Positions 41,506-53,963 of a stretch of 64,000 bases of DNA are shown here, piece by piece. The stretch lies in NCBI RefSeq assembly GCF_009914755.1, contig NC_060938.1; one strand, given 5' to 3'. A model generated the notes under the pieces. That model ran no database searches. It worked only from the letters and a program-made list of their open reading frames with translations, and was not told the origin of the DNA. The stretch is from the human T2T-CHM13v2.0 reference genome, Homo sapiens. The position numbers were made by a program, and so were the translations under genes. Within the stretch, counting starts at the first letter, position 1; each line of letters begins with the position of its first letter.

Positions 41506-41914
41506 TTTTTCCTTCCTCCCTGCCTCTCCTATCCTCTCTTTTCCTTTCTACGAGTTTGCTGTGACCATCTCACATCTTGGATTGTCTGGCATCCCATTTT
41601 CCCATATCCTATCTGTTTGTTTGTGACTTAGGCTTTGCTTCCTGGTTTCAAAAATGCAGCCCCAGTGGAGATATGTCCACATGTCAGTCTTTGCAACTAG
41701 ATCAGCTTGTAGGGGCAGGGCCTGTGTTCTTGTTTATTTTCATAATCCTCAATGTACCTAGCATGGTGGCTTGTATTAAAGGGGGTGGGCAGAGAAATCG
41801 CCAGAAACTTCTCTGAGTGCCTATGGGGGTGTCTGATGTGCCCTTCAAAGCAAACATTCTTTGGAATTTTTTCTTTAGTTTTGTGTTTATTGTTTTTATC
41901 TTGTTTGTTTGCTG

Positions 41915-42195
41915 AGTTGTAATTTGCGTGGAGTACAATTGACCCCTTTTAGGTGTACACTTTTATGAATTTTAACAAATTTATATAGTTGTGTAACCAC
42001 TACCATAATCAAGATCTAGAATATTTCCATCGCCCACAAACATGTTCTCCTGCTTCTCTCCTTATCTCCAGTCCCTGGTAATCATTAATCCAATTTCTGT
42101 CACTTTGGTTTGGCCTTTTCCAGGATGTCACATAATGGAATTATATAGTATATAACTTTTTGAGTCTGGCTTCTTTCATTTGGAATAATGCTTTA
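41915..42195 (-). mobile_element. L1MB/MC 3' end fragment
   Basis: GTTGTGTAACCACTACCATAATCAAGAT..GAATATTTCCATC..TTTTGAGTCTGGCTTCTTTCA. Confidence 0.8.
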
Positions 42196-43434
42196 TTTTT
42201 ATTTTTTTGGAAATTTGATGACTTGGGCCTTAACCCTCACTTTATGTGCACCTGCTTTTCTGAAAGATTGAGAAGGAGCATGGGTTTGGGGCTGCAGACA
42301 GACTCTGTGTGGATTGGGAGCATGTAGGTTAACTTGGCCCCGTTTGCGTTCTTATTAGGGTCTCTTTAGATCCAGGGTCTCAGCTGCTTTGTCAAACCCA
42401 TGGGTTCTCCTCTCTCCTGCCTTCCTACACAGTGGCACCTGGTGTAAGAGAGCCTTCTCCCCTGGGCCCTGGCCCATCATCCCTGTGGCTGCTGGTGGTG
42501 GGGGGCACAGTGGAGGAGGGAAGTCGGGTGGGTGGGGTGAAGTGACTGCTAAATTCCTCCCTTGGGGAGGGGGTGGTGGTGGGGTGATGAAGGTCAGGCC
42601 TCTCCTGGCTAAAACAACAGAAGTGGCTCCAGCTGCCCAACAGCTGGAGGGGGTGTCTGCTTTCCCTCAGCAGCGTGAAAAGCCCTTTAATCGGGCATGC
42701 TGCTGTCAGGCTCTGTCGCAGAGGTGTGTGGAGGAAGAGCAGATGCTGCTGTTGCTGGCAGGCCTCTCTTTCCCTTTGACCTCCCTTATCTTCCCTCTTC
42801 CATCTTCACGGAGCCCCCCTCTGAAGCCAGCAGGTCGAGGCCCTTCTTTGCACCTGTGTAAATTCAGTGGTCATGGGGTCAGGGAAGGGTGAGAGCGAGC
42901 TGGCAGATATAGGGATGTGGATTTTTAATGCAGATGACGAATTTGATAGTGGGTGGGTGAGTGATGTTTTAATGGGAAACTACTCTCCATTCCCAAGGAT
43001 GCAGGCCCCAGAGAAGAAGGCCAAAGTCCAGTTTTGCAGATGGTGAAGGACGTGGTGAGAGGCGAACAGTCCCAGGTTGGAGAGCAAGCGGCTGAGCCGC
43101 AGCTAGACGTCTGGAATGTGATTCTCTGCTTTTTGTTCCAGGCATTGGCTCCAAGAGTGGCTTTCCCCCCCCTTTCAATAGCAGGTTTACCTCCCAGAAA
43201 TGCTTTTTAGTACTTGAGTTCTAAAAACTTGAGCTGGACCATGATTTACAAACAAGACAGAAAAACATCCCCTCTCTTGGGAGAGCTCTTTTTGCTTCTG
43301 GTGCCCTTCTCCTCTTCTGTTCTCCTGGGGGCAACTACTATAGACCCAAACCACTGTTGCCAGAGCTGACAGCAAAGCCCTTTCTGCCCCTCAGTGGCAT
43401 CTGGGGCATAGTGTCTGATATCCCTACATTGAGG

Positions 43435-43800
43435 AAGGCAGTGTGGTGTGGAAGAAAGAATCTGGTCTGTGAGGATCAGACTGAGAGGAGTGCTCTACCA
43501 CTTACTGACTTAACCTTGCCCAGCCTCGGTTTTCTCCTCATTCATTCAAGCCATACATATTGATTAAATGCCTCATCTGGGCACTGGGGATGCAGCAGTG
43601 TCACACCCAGATCTTGGTTTCTGCCCTCAGGGAGCTTACAGTCCGGTGGAGGGGCATGGACAAGCAATGTAAAATTAAATGATGGGCCATTTTAATCACA
43701 ATTATGGCACAGGCCACAGTGGACCATAGTGGGTGTTCTGGGGGCTCATTACAGGGATCCCGACCTGTTTTGGAAGGCAGCAGCATTTACCCCGGAATTG
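43435..43800. mobile_element. MIR fragment (+) followed by L2 3' fragment (-)
   Basis: CTCTACCACTTACT..CTCGGTTTTCTC; then CATTCATTCAA..GGCACTGGGGATGCAG..TGCCCTCAGGGAGCTTACAGTC. Confidence 0.6.
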
Positions 43801-44959
43801 GAGTTCATCAGGTGGAAGCACATTCCAGGGAAAGGGGCCGGCGTGTGCACAGTCCAGAGGTAGGAAGGAGCTGCAGAGCTGGGCTGTGGTTTCTGCCCTG
43901 CCTGTTACCACCCAGCAGGCATACATGTATGGATTGTTCTCCTTCCCTTTCCTTCCAAATAGGCATTTGCAGATTGGACATTTGCAGGTGGAGAAAACTC
44001 ACCATTATTTACGATGTTGAGGCTATAGAAAAATGAATTTAGGGTGTCAAAAAATTGACTTATAACTGATTTTTTTTTCCATCTGGCTATTGTTCTTACT
44101 CAAGTGCATGCGTATGGTAGCTGCCCGAAAAACTAGAGTGCTAATCACATTGGCCGTTAAATTGTCAGAGTTTTCCACCTTGACATATATTAATTTCAGG
44201 CTCATCAATCTAGAGTCTCAGATACTGCCCGAGTTATGGGTGAGATGACATCTCTGGGATGGTGGAAAGGCTTCCTGGAGGCTAAGGCCAGGTTCATTGG
44301 GAATGAATTCCATGATGATTTAGTGATATATGGGTACTATCTCAGCCATACTGGTATATCCTCTTAGAGATTTTTTTCATTTCCATTATTCCAAGGAAAA
44401 AATACCATGTTTAAGATGTGACTTTTATTATCTAAGAGATAGATGTTCCTTTAAAGAAAAGAAAGGAACAAATACCTTTAATCACTATACATTTGAGAGC
44501 TTTAAGGTATTGTTGGTAGTTGGACAAAGAATATTTCTTTTCACAGTAAGTGACAGAAAAAAGAGCTACTTCTTCATGATATATTTTAGGTAAGGTTTGA
44601 TATTCATTCATTCATTCCTCAAACATATACTGAACAAACTTTTTTGGTAAGGTGCTGTGTTACGCCCTATGTATATAAAGAGGAATAAGACACAATCTTT
44701 TATAGACGTGTAAATAGATAAATGATAATGCAGTATATCGAGGGTTTTGATAGAAGTATAAACACAGTGCAGCAGGAGTGCCAAGGAAGCTAATGGTGGT
44801 GTTTAAAATATGAAAGTATTTGCTTTTTAGGATGATAACCTCAGTGGCAATGTGGAATTTGAACTTGGATTAGGGGTAGGGATGGGGGCAGAAGTTTGGT
44901 GCCAAAGAATCAAACGCCCAGGCAAGAGATAAAGGACTAAATGAAGTCATCATGGATAA

Positions 44960-45165
44960 GACAGGAAAGCCTGTTGGAGACAGAGCCCCAGCCAAGCTCC
45001 CAACTGAGTGAAGTCAAATCTGTTACCTCAGGTGGTACCATGTGGAGCAGAAGAACCTCCTAGCTGAGCCCAGCCAACCCACATAATTATGAAAAATGAT
45101 AAATTGTGGTTTGAAGCTGCTAAGTTTAGGGGTGATTTGTTTTGCTCCAATAGATAAGTGAAGCA
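44960..45165 (+). mobile_element. MLT1 (J-like) 3' fragment
   Basis: GTGGAGCAGAAGAACC..GCTGAGCCCAGCCAACCCAC..GCTAAGTTTAGGGGTGATTTGTT..CAATAGATAA. Confidence 0.7.
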
Positions 45166-46575
45166 AAAAGGTTGAAAGTGAGTACTTGAAGCTGTGTTAC
45201 ATATGAATTTATTAAAGAAAAACCTAAAATTAATTTGAGTTTGGCCTGTGATTTTTGAGTATGGTATCACAGAGAGAAATGTCACTTGCTGCTCCAAATT
45301 GTGGACTTCACTCTCCCAAATCCAGTGGATAGACCACTGACATGGTTGTTTAGCATGGCTATCGTCTCCTTCTCTACACCCAGGAAAAATATACGAGTAT
45401 GCATATTACCAGAAAAATACCTGTTTAGATTTTAGATATTGGTTAAGTCAGCATTATACTAACAGGTGGAAGTTAAGAGGGTGAGAACAGGTCTATATTA
45501 TAAAGAATTAAACATCTCCTCCCAGATGGAACCTTAGGCTGGCTCTTTTATTCCCTATATTGTCATGGAAACTTGGCAGTCAGTCAAAACTAACACAGCT
45601 TGTGGTATTGGGATGGTCTCCCTGAGCAAAAGCTGTGTGGCAGGGCTTCCATTCTACTATGCTGGAGACTGAAGGGGAAGAATCAGCATGTGTGCATTTC
45701 AGATGGAGGGGATGACTAGTCTAAAATTGATTTCATCTACCCTGATCTCCTCCATGGCAAAGGCAGCCCCCAGTCAGTAGCTTACTTTTCCAATAGGAAA
45801 AATGACTTGTTTATGTATATATCAAGTATCCATCCTACTTTACAAATGTGAACAAAACACAGAGTGTTTGGAGTCATCCACTCTGCAAGGAGAATGGGTA
45901 GGAGAGACGACTGCAGATATACAATTATCCCAGCTCCTTTTGTTTGGTTTCTGTATTATGCAATCATATTTAACATTATTATTTTATTTTTAATGTCTTT
46001 TGGTTAGGAAGAAGGAAAGGAATATAAGTGAAGATTTCTGTAAAACTGCTATTTCCCTCTAGGAGGAAATGTCTCAGTGTTTGGCTTGTTGGAGAGATGG
46101 CTTGCTCCTGCCCAATCCCCCAAATTTCCACCAACCGTGATTGCTCCTGAGCGACTCCAAACTCCTGGAATATCCTGGTTTTGACCCATAAATAGTGAAC
46201 TGATTTTCTATCTGACATAGTTTGGAAATTTGTCCCCACCCAAATCTCATGTTGAAATGTAATCCCCAATGTTGGAGGTGGGCCCTGGTGGGAGGTGCTT
46301 TGGTCCTTGGGGTGCATCCCTCATGGCTTGGTGCTGTCCTTGCAATAGTGAGTACTTGTGATATCTGGTTAAGTGTTTGATCCACCCCCCATCCCTCTTG
46401 CTTCTGCTTTTGCCATGTGACATGCAAGCTCCTGCTTCACCTTCTGCCCTGAGTAAAAGCTCCCTGAGGCCTCCCCAGAAGCAGAGCAAATGCCAGTGTT
46501 ATGCTTCCTGTACAGCCTACAGAACCATGAGCAATTAAATCTCTTTTCTTTATAAATTACCCAGTCTCAGGCCGG

Positions 46576-46695
46576 CCTTCCTTCCTTCCTTCCTTCCTTC
46601 CTTCCTTCCTTCCTTCCTTCCTTCCCTCCCTCCCTTCCTTCTTCCTTCACTCCCTCTTTCTTTTCTTTTCTTTGCTCCTTTCTTTCCTTTCATTC
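46576..46695 (+). repeat. (CCTT)12 plus degenerate CT-rich tract (Alu tail-derived)
   Basis: Direct reading; pure CCTT at 46576-46623. Confidence 0.93.
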
Positions 46696-46965
46696 TTATT
46701 CTGTCACCCAGGCTGGAGTACAGTGGTACCATCATGGCTCACTGCAGCCTTCACCTCTTAGCTCAAGTGATCCTCTCATCTCAGCCTCCCAAGTAACTAG
46801 GGCCATGGGCATGCATTACTATGCCTGGCTAATTTTAAAATTTTTTGTAGAGACAGTGTCTCTCTCTGTTGCCCAGGCTGGTCTTGAACTCCTGGGCTCA
46901 AGCAATCCCACCTTCTTGACCTCCCAAAGTGCTGGGATTACAGGTGTGAACCCCCATGCCTGGCC
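46696..46965 (-). mobile_element. AluJ
   Basis: CATCATGGCTCACTGCAGCCT, CTCCTGGGCTCAAGCAATCC. Confidence 0.9.
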
Positions 46966-47180
46966 TCAGGTATTTCTTCATAGCAATGCAAGAATGGCCT
47001 AACATACTGTCTAATTTCAAAATGCAGAAATTATTCTCCAGATCAGCTTCTTTTTTCTTTTTCTTTTTTCTCTTTTTTGTTTTTCTCTCAATCAGTCTTC
47101 ACCTGGCTCAACTGAGAAAAATTCGATTGAAGACTACGCTCCCTCCTCTCTCTTCTCCTCTTGGTTTTTTTACTTTATAA

Positions 47181-47386
47181 CTGGGCTGTTGCATACGGTA
47201 GCCTCTAGCCACATGTGGTCGTTTAAACTTAAATTAACTAAAATTAAACGTAACTAAATATTTGATTTCCCAGTTGCACTAGCTACATTGCAGTGCTTAA
47301 TAGCCACATGTAGTTTGTGGCTGCTGTACTGGACAGCACAGATATAGAACATGTCCATCATGGTGAGAAGTTCTTTTGAACTGTGT
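47181..47386. mobile_element. MER3 (hAT-Charlie)
   Basis: GGTAGCC..TAGCCACATGTGG..TAATAGCCACATGT..TGGACAGCACAGATATAGAACAT.TCCATCAT. Confidence 0.8.
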
Positions 47387-48239
47387 GGCTTCGGAGCGTT
47401 CCAGAGTCTCTAGGATTAAGTCTTCCTCTTATTGCCTTTATCTTAATAGCTCCATGGTGTCCTGTTAACATGCTCCTTGTCTCCACCCTAAATGGTAATC
47501 TCACTGAGGGTGGGTACCATGTTGGTTACATGTTGCTTCCTATGCTGGTACGGTGTTGGGTTCACTGTTGGTGATCACTTATTGAGTACAGAGCAGTTGA
47601 ACAGATGAAGGAATGAACTGGAGGGTTTGTGGACACAGAGTAATCCCTTTGGGGCCCTGGAGCTTTGGGTGATCTTATTAGGGCATAGTCATCTGGTTAA
47701 AGCTTCATTTTATAGAGCTCACTTTTTGTGTGTGTGAAAACAATCACAAATACACACAGTTCCTAAAACAGATGAAAATGTGACACCATAATTGATTGAA
47801 GATTGTCAATGACCCCATGCTATCTCTGAACTTTTTATTTGGCCTTAGGGACCAGTAATTTCTAGACAGGAATATTTTGGGTGCTCTTCTGAAGCTGAGA
47901 ATGATCTCTGTGTGTTGGGATGGGTGGGGCCTCTGAAGTTCTTTAACCTGTCTGTTTGCAGACAGAGTGTTCCCCTTGTTAGGAAGCTGGTCTCTGGCAC
48001 AGCTGCTGTGGCCTCTCTCTCAGTGTAGAGCAATCCATTTTCAAACCGATTTTTTGGCCTGTAGTTCAACTTCACGGGGATGCTGGCAGCTCTCCTGTCC
48101 TGTGAGCTGCAGCATAGGCAACTAGGCAACCTCAGTGGGTTTGAAAAGAAACTTTGTCTTCCTCTCCCTCTTTTTTCTGTGTGTTCTCTTAAACCACGCC
48201 CCCCTTCAATTAAATTCCAAAGAAAGAAGATGAACAAGA

Positions 48240-48455
48240 ACTTATACGTGACTTAGGATATGTTAATAATTGAATCTTCACACCACCCTATGAGGCAAGG
48301 CTTGTTACTACTCTCATTTTACGGATGAGAAAACTAAAAGCCCAGAGAAGCTAGGCAACGTTTCCAAGGTTAAACAGCATGTGGGTGCTGTTGCTGGTAC
48401 TGACACCCATGGCTGGGCTCCAGAGCCAAGCTTCTAATCACTAGGTCCCACTGCC
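48240..48455 (-). mobile_element. MIR
   Basis: CATTTTACGGATGAGAAAACTAAAAGCCCAGAGAAG..CCAAGGT. Confidence 0.7.
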
Positions 48456-50339
48456 TTTCATTATAACAAACAGAAACACCGGCCCACCTGCAAAAAGGAC
48501 TTCACAAAGTCAAAAACTGTTGACCAAGCACCTACTCTGTGTGCCAGACACCAGATGCTGAACATCCAGGTGAGACAGCCCTGCCCTCCAGGGAGGTCAG
48601 GCCCAGCTCAAGACACTCCTGATGAGAGTTCTTGTTCTGAGGTGGAGTAAAGATGGCAGGCTCTGGGCCACCTCTGCCCACGTGCAATGCAGAAGTGGGA
48701 TGGGAGAACATGGCTGAGGACGGCAAGGCTGTAAGCACAGGGGCATGAGGAGTGGCCCCAGCGATCCCTGGGGGTGGCAGGAGCCCGGAAAGCCAGGCCT
48801 GTGATGTCCCACTGGCAGGTGTTGAGGGAATGGCAGGCATGAGATGCTGCTACAGGGCTGCACTCCTCCCACACATGACGGAGGGCCCCAGGATTGTGCT
48901 AGATGCTCGGGGGAGGTGTTCACAGGCAAAGCAGACATCGTTCTCATCTTCATGGAGCTCAGAGCTGGGGATTCCACTGGTAACCAAATCATGCAAATGA
49001 ATTCTTCATTACAAACTGTGTGAAGAGCCATGAAGGAAAAATGAAGTGTGAGAGAGTATTACAGGAGATTGTCCTCACCTGGGAGAGTCAGGGAGAACCT
49101 CCTGGAAGAGACCGCCTGAGCCAAAATCCGAAGCAGGGTGGGAGGGAATGGAGAAGGAACAGCGTGCCTGAAGGCCTGGAAGTAGCAGCAGAGGTAGCTC
49201 ATTTGATAAATGGGAAGCAGGCCCGTGTGCCCCACCAGCAGGGAGCAAGGGGGAGCAGGGAAGAGAGAGCAAAGGGCCAGAGAGGGGCCCCCGGGTCTGA
49301 TTCTCACCAGGCCGGGGAGACGATGTAAGGGTCCCCGAGCTCATGGGTTTAAAGCAGGGGCAACTCGAGGGGGGTTGAGGCTGGGGATCGTGTGCAGGGC
49401 TTGACTGAACAATGCTGTCCTCTCCCATTTCTCCCCGTCAGCTCACCCCTCTTCTGTGGGGCAGCCCTGGAGGCAGTGGGCTTCTCTGGAGATGATGATC
49501 TGAGTTATTTATTTTTGCCCCTGAGCACTGGACTCTATCAAATGCTGTGCTCATGAGACACTATCTGGATATTTCCCTTTGGGCCCTGGGCAAGATTCAG
49601 GTGTGACCTGTGAGTGCGTGGGAGCCCAAGGTGTCTGAAGAGAAAGCGCAATTTCACTGTCCATTTGGACAAGGCCTGTGCAGTGGTTTCAGCCCTCAGC
49701 TGCTCCATCCCTGTGCTGGGCAGCCAGCACCCAGGCATGAGGTCCAGTCCCAAGGAGGGACTGGTTTTATAGCTGGGATGTGGTCTGTGTATTTATGGAC
49801 AGGTTCGGGCCCTCTTTGAGTTTGGCCAGTGTGGGGTGTGTATTTCCAGTACTCCCTTGAAGGGTGTGGTACTACCTCTGAAACTTTCTCTGCTGTTCTA
49901 GAAAAGGGTCAACAAGTTCTCATCTATTTGCTTCACACAAAGGGCCCACAAATACATTAGAGACAGAGCTTGTGTTCACACCTTCCCAAAACCTCTATGA
50001 GCTTGGTTTGATTACATAGTCAACTCTATGATTACCGATGGCCTGATTTGTGCTCATGACATTGCCATTCATTATTGTGGGACATTCATTCCCTCAACCC
50101 AATCTGATGAAGAGCCTCATTCTGTGTGCTCAGGACTCTGCTATATGGGAGTAGATAAGGGTGGACCCAGGTCTCAAGGCCTGTACAATCTAATCATGGG
50201 TTATGGAGCAGAAGCTCATGGATTGTAATAGCCCAATTATTGTTCTCCAACTGTATTATGTTGTTGTTAACAGGGGGTTCCCTGATATAGGGGTTCATGG
50301 TTAAGTAACTGGAAGATGCTTCATTGTATATGCCCCTTG

Positions 50340-50880
50340 ATCTGGTCGATTGTTGTGTAACAAACTACCACAAAACTTAACGGCTTAAAACAATTTATTA
50401 TTATAATCTTTCTCAGTTCTGTGGGTTAACTGGGCTCAGCTGGGTGGTTCTGACTTTGGGGTCTCTCATGCAATTATTTATTTTCATCTCTCTGAGTTGC
50501 AATTAGATGACAGCTGGGACTAGACTCACCTGAAGGCTTCTTCACTCAGCATGTCTCTGTGCCTGGGTTGGTTGGGCATTTCTCTGTCTGCATGGTTTTG
50601 ACATGGGTAAACTTGGGCTTCCTCATAATATGGTGGTCTCAGGGTTGTTAGGCTTCTTACACAGCAGCTGGTTTCCTCAAGAGTGATTATTACAAGAGGC
50701 CCAGGAAGGAGCTGCAAGGCTTCGTGTAACCTAACTTTGAAGTCCCCAGACACCACTCCCATAGTATTTTCTTGGTCAAGCAAGTTTCTGAGGCCAGTCC
50801 AGATTCAAGGGAGAGGAAATTAGACTCCATAGCTCAATGAGAGGAGTAGCAAATAATTTGTAGCTGTCTTTAATTTACTA
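50340..50880 (-). mobile_element. MLT1 (G/H-like) solo LTR, inside a probable MER103/Charlie fragment
   Basis: TGTGTAACAAACTACCACAAAACTTAACGGCTTAAAACA..CTGGGCTCAGCTGGGTGGTTCT..CCAGATTCAAGGG. Confidence 0.82.
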
Positions 50881-51249
50881 TGCGTCTTGGAGGTTCACAA
50901 TGCATAAGAATGTATCAGAGTCATCTGAGAAGCCCTTCACCAAGAAAATCTGCTTAACTCAGCATTTTCCAAGCTGATTATTGTTGTTATTTTAAAAATC
51001 AGGAAATCTGTTTCTCACAGAAAATTATTTAACTTCTGTATTCTGCCAGAGAGAGGTGGGCAAAAATTGGAGGGATGATAGATTTGGAGCTCACTACGAT
51101 CTAATAAATAAAACTTTCCCGAGATGGAATTTGGAGATTTATGGTATATTCCTGATTTGAGGATACACCCAAATAGAGGCTGCATGGCCATCTGCATGGA
51201 TGAAGAGGCTGGACATCCTAGAGGATAAAGCTTTGATTTTACTTCTGAC

Positions 51250-51440
51250 AGATTTAGGTTCTAATTCAGCCTCCACTGCTTATAGCTATGTGACACTGGG
51301 CAAGTTACGTCTCTGGGCTTCAGTTTCCTTGTCTACAGAATAGAGTTTCTATTTCATAGGGTTGTTGTGAGGACTGAGATCCTGGATGTGAATTACTTGG
51401 CACAATGCCTGTTAATGGTCAGTAATTGTTAGACATTATT
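51250..51440 (+). mobile_element. MIR
   Basis: GCTATGTGACACTGGGCAAGTTAC..CAGTTTCCTTGTCT..CATAGGGTTGTTGTGAGGA. Confidence 0.8.
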
Positions 51441-51633
51441 GTTCTTATGATGCATAGAGGATGCCTTCCTTGGTTAGACTTTGTGGCTGCTCCGTTCCCT
51501 TCACCTTTAGGGTTTTATTTGGGTTTATTAGGGACTTACTTTCTAAAGGCAAACAAGTACTGTAAGTCATGGACTCGCCCCTACTTTTCTTGCAAAAGTA
51601 ACCTCTGTACCCTTTCACTTTTTTCCAACCTAG

Positions 51634-51799
51634 TTTCTAATAAGTGACCGTGACCCACAGTGCAACCTCCACTGCTCCAGGACTCAACCCAAACCCATCT
51701 GTGCCTCTGATGGCAGGTCCTACGAGTCCATGTGTGAGTACCAGCGAGCCAAGTGCCGAGACCCGACCCTGGGCGTGGTGCATCGAGGTAGATGCAAAG
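51634..51799 (+). CDS. SMOC1: SMOC1 coding exon 2 (166 nt), Kazal/follistatin-like domain
   Basis: Pyrimidine tract + TAG acceptor (51631-51633), donor AAG|GTGAGT at 51800. Translates FLISDRDPQCNLHCSRTQPKPICASDGRSYESMCEYQRAKCRDPTLGVVHRGRCK, with the Kazal PxCxSDGxxYxxxC motif; recognised as SMOC1. Exon number is from memory. Confidence 0.97.
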
Positions 51800-52915
51800 G
51801 TGAGTGTGTGCACCCCTGCCCAGCCAAGGAGAGGTTCCTGGGCACCCCAGCTCCCTCACTATGCATTTGCAACAGGGAAGCTTGGAGTAAGTCTGTCCAC
51901 TCACTTTGCTTTCCTATCTCTCCACCCCTTCCACCAGGGCCAAGGGAAGAAAGCCTGGTCTACCTGAAGGAATGAGCATTTTTCTATCTTTCAAACACTG
52001 CCCCCAGGCTAGGGCTTAAAGAGATGTGCTGCTATCTGGCCAGCGCTTTCCTTTTTCTTTTTATGGAGATGCTTAAAACCGCAAGACATTATTGCTGGCT
52101 CCTGAATAGTGATTCCAAATTGTTGGCCAACAGATGTGTTTTGTTTGGTCTGTTTGCCTGTTTAAAAACAGCAAAAAACATTTGGGATAACATTTAAAAA
52201 TTGGGAGATTCAAAGAAAAAAAATCTGGCTTTTTGTCCTTCTTTTCCAAAATTGGAAGGTCTGGTAACATTAGGTCTGTGTTCCTACAAAGCAACACATG
52301 GCTAGACCTGCATAACAGCTACCGCTTTAAAGGGGAGCCTGTTGTCCAGTTTGCCACAGTCTTACAGCACTCCCTATAGTCTCTCAGAACTGAATGTCAT
52401 TCCTCTCATATCCGGCTGGTTTCTCTAATTTATATCTTTTTCCTGAGTCCTGTACGTATTTGAATTTGTGACCCCGGACTGCTTAGAGCCATCACAGGAA
52501 TTGTAGGTGGCTAAGCAGGCTGCGCTAGAGCCTCTGATTTTCTAAAGAAAATGGTTGCAATTCTTGAACCATAAGACATGGTTGAGCCCCTGTTAGGCTT
52601 ACCACTTTTAGAATAAACCCAGTGAAAAATCATGGAACTAAAACATTTTTTTTTCTATGGGGCCAGGGTAGAGGTACTTGGGAGAAAAGACAGGCAGAAC
52701 TTGGGATAAACACGAATCCTCTGCTTTTCTATGAATGACATACGGGGAAGGGGGGCTGTGCAGCAGTTACTAGCCACGGCCCTTTTAGGGTTGGACAAGC
52801 CAGTTAGTTGTGTGTGGGCTCCCGCACAGGTGGAGTGGTTTTCTCAGCCATTTTGTCCCTCGGCCCCAGTGTCGAATCCAAGTGAAATATGAAATCTGCT
52901 CCTCTCCTCTTTCAG
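51800..52915 (+). other. SMOC1: SMOC1 intron 2 (1116 bp, GT-AG, phase 1)
   Basis: Canonical GTGAGT...TTCAG between two frame-compatible exons. Confidence 0.95.
52110..52476. mobile_element. MER102-like hAT element in intron 2
   Basis: CAGATGTGTTTTGTTTGG..AAAATTGGAAGGTCTGGTAACA..ATTTGAATTTGTGACCCC. Confidence 0.55.
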
Positions 52916-53028
52916 ATGCTGGCCAGAGCAAGTGTCGCCTGGAGCGGGCTCAAGCCCTGGAGCAAGCCAAGAAGCCTCAGGAAGCTGTGTTTGTCCCAGA
53001 GTGTGGCGAGGATGGCTCCTTTACCCAG
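52916..53028 (+). CDS. SMOC1: SMOC1 coding exon 3 (113 nt), N-terminal part of thyroglobulin type-1 domain 1
   Basis: CTCTCCTCTTTCAG acceptor, CAG|GTGAGG donor at 53029. Phase 1 joins exon 2 (G|AT = Asp) giving DAGQSKCRLERAQALEQAKKPQEAVFVPECGEDGSFTQ, which has the TY1 motif C...F.P.C..DG.F..Q. Confidence 0.97.
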
Positions 53029-53658
53029 GTGAGGCCTCGGACAATCCTCTTGGGCTCTTTCCTGGACCGAGGCAGAGGGGAGGTGTCCCGAGAGCGCGAG
53101 GGCTGCTTGGCGCCTTCACTTTCTGGGAAACAGTTGAGTGAGTGGCTCTTCAACTCCCCTCTGTGCTGCCTTCCCCCTCTCTGGCCCTCCCCGTCCCTCC
53201 ATGCCACCTCTTGCCAACTGGCAGTAGGTCCTGAAAAGACGCATGGAAGCCCAAGCCAGGAAACTGGCATTGCTTGGTCCCCATCCTCCCTGCCGTCTGT
53301 CTCCTTGGAGGGCCAGACCTGTGCTTTTCTCTTCTGTTAAATGTGAGCTGATTATTTTTCTTATTCCTGCCAGTTTCCATGGGCAACCCTGGTATTCCCT
53401 TCCCTGTTTTTTGCTACCCCCTGCCCTCCCTGCTTTCTATCCCCAGTCCTTGAACGAAGCAGAGCCCTCTTTGAGCACAAAGTGTACTATGGTTCTTGGA
53501 GTGTGTGAGTGTGTGTGTGTGTATACACATACAGGTATGCATATACTCAGATTTTAAAACCTAAGTCAGGCAGTCCTACCTCTCATCTTGCATGATCTTC
53601 TGGTTAGTGCATTGTCAAAGTAATGCTGACTGTGTTGATCTTGGCACAGACTATTTCT

Positions 53659-53963
53659 TTTTTCTTCTCTTTTTTTGGAGACAGGGTCTCAATCTGTTGC
53701 AGACTGGGTCTCACTCCAGGCTGGAGAGCAGTGGCACAATCATAGCTCATTGCAGCCTTGAACTCCTGGGATCAAGCAATCCTTCCACCCACACCTCCTG
53801 AATAGCTGGGACTGTAGGCACATGCCACCACACCCAGCTTATTTTTTAGAGACAGGATCTTGCTATGTTGCCCAGACTGGTCTCAAAGTCCTGGCCTCAA
53901 GTGATCCTCCCACCTCAGCCTCCAAAAGTGCTAGGATTATAGTGTGAACCATCACACCTGGCC
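53659..53963 (-). mobile_element. AluJ with perfect 18-bp TSD
   Basis: ATCATAGCTCATTGCAGCCTTGAACTCCTGGG; TSD TTGGCACAGACTATTTCT at 53641-53658 and 53964-53981. Confidence 0.93.

Larger units (their letters stand above)
46213..47006 (+). mobile_element. MST (MSTA/B) solo LTR interrupted by AluJ
   Basis: TGACATAGTTTGG..CCCAAATCTCATGTTGAAATGTAATCCCC..ATAAATTACCCAGTCTCAGG [Alu] TATTTCTTCATAGCAATGCAAGAATGGCCTAA; TSD CTATC/CTGTC. Confidence 0.9.

Noticed and set aside
51730-51975. 81-aa ORF starting MCEYQRAKC
   Set aside because: Internal Met of exon 2 running into intron 2; not an independent CDS.
52810-53340. 176-aa ORF as a standalone gene
   Set aside because: Only 52916-53028 is SMOC1 exon 3; the flanks are intron read-through beyond canonical splice sites.
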